DNA of 64,000 nt from Narcine bancroftii (taxonomy: Eukaryota). Location of the stretch: assembly GCF_036971445.1 (NCBI RefSeq), contig NC_091471.1:132928001-132992000 (forward strand). The letters are read 5' to 3'. The notes under the pieces were generated by a model. That model saw only the letters and a list, made by a program, of their open reading frames with translations. It was not told where the DNA came from and made no database searches. This document shows, one piece after another, positions 63,711-64,000 of this stretch. The position numbers and the translations under genes were made by a program. How positions within the stretch are numbered: the stretch's first letter is position 1; each line of letters begins with the position of its first letter.

Positions 63711-64000
63711 ACTCCTGGCATATACACAAGTACAATGTGCAAATTAATTGAAGTTGTTCTTGCTTTCTGCATCTACACAGGTACATAAAATGTATCAATA
63801 GCATTACAACAAAAAATATAATTATTGATAGATGCAGCCAGTGGGAAAAAATGTGATATTACAGTAATACAGGTAGATCTTTGGAGCTGGAATATCAAAG
63901 ATACCTATTGGAGTGTATTAGTTAGTGTAGTACAGGAAGGGTCAAGAAGTTAGAAAAATTGTTCTTGAACATAGAGGTGCAAGACCTCAGGCCTCTGTAC

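Noticed and set aside
62505-64000. JCHAIN exon 3 (expected xPL...RENISDP-like)
   Set aside because: No such phase-2 exon is seen; the acceptor at about 62847 leads to a stop. The exon presumably lies beyond the window.

Overview
Vertebrate genomic DNA, most likely a cartilaginous fish (shark or ray), judged from the repeat families and the J chain sequence. Most of the window is nested, decayed retroelements (Gypsy LTR of several lineages, L1/Tx1, CR1, RTE, Rex1/Babar, Penelope, V-SINE) plus hAT and Harbinger MITEs, with two assembly gaps. One host gene is recognisable: the 5' half of the immunoglobulin J chain gene (JCHAIN, + strand). Exon 1 is 52470-52533 and exon 2 is 62378-62504; they splice to MKSNQMLRPLAAILLFTVLVA-ADSEKHLLVKSKCNCLTMTSKTVVNVLPSGARVEQLIRDIKIT. 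Exons 3-4 were not found and presumably lie beyond the window. Upstream on the same strand, not resolved by the ORF track, is a decayed CXC-chemokine-like gene: TATA box and a 64-nt phase-1 exon at 11856-11919, a CXC/C..TEVI exon at about 24567-24724, and a possible exon 3. A second paralogous promoter/exon-1 relic lies at about 30280-30570. Together these look like a fossil chemokine cluster directly beside JCHAIN. Other points: a perfect 142-bp inverted duplication carrying XBP1-type and E-box motifs 300 bp upstream of the JCHAIN ATG; a Gypsy family with no tRNA primer site but a covarying LTR-leader stem and a YLDN RT motif; and young AviRTE-like LINEs. Everything was read by eye without searches, so boundaries of degraded repeats are approximate and family names come from recalled motifs.
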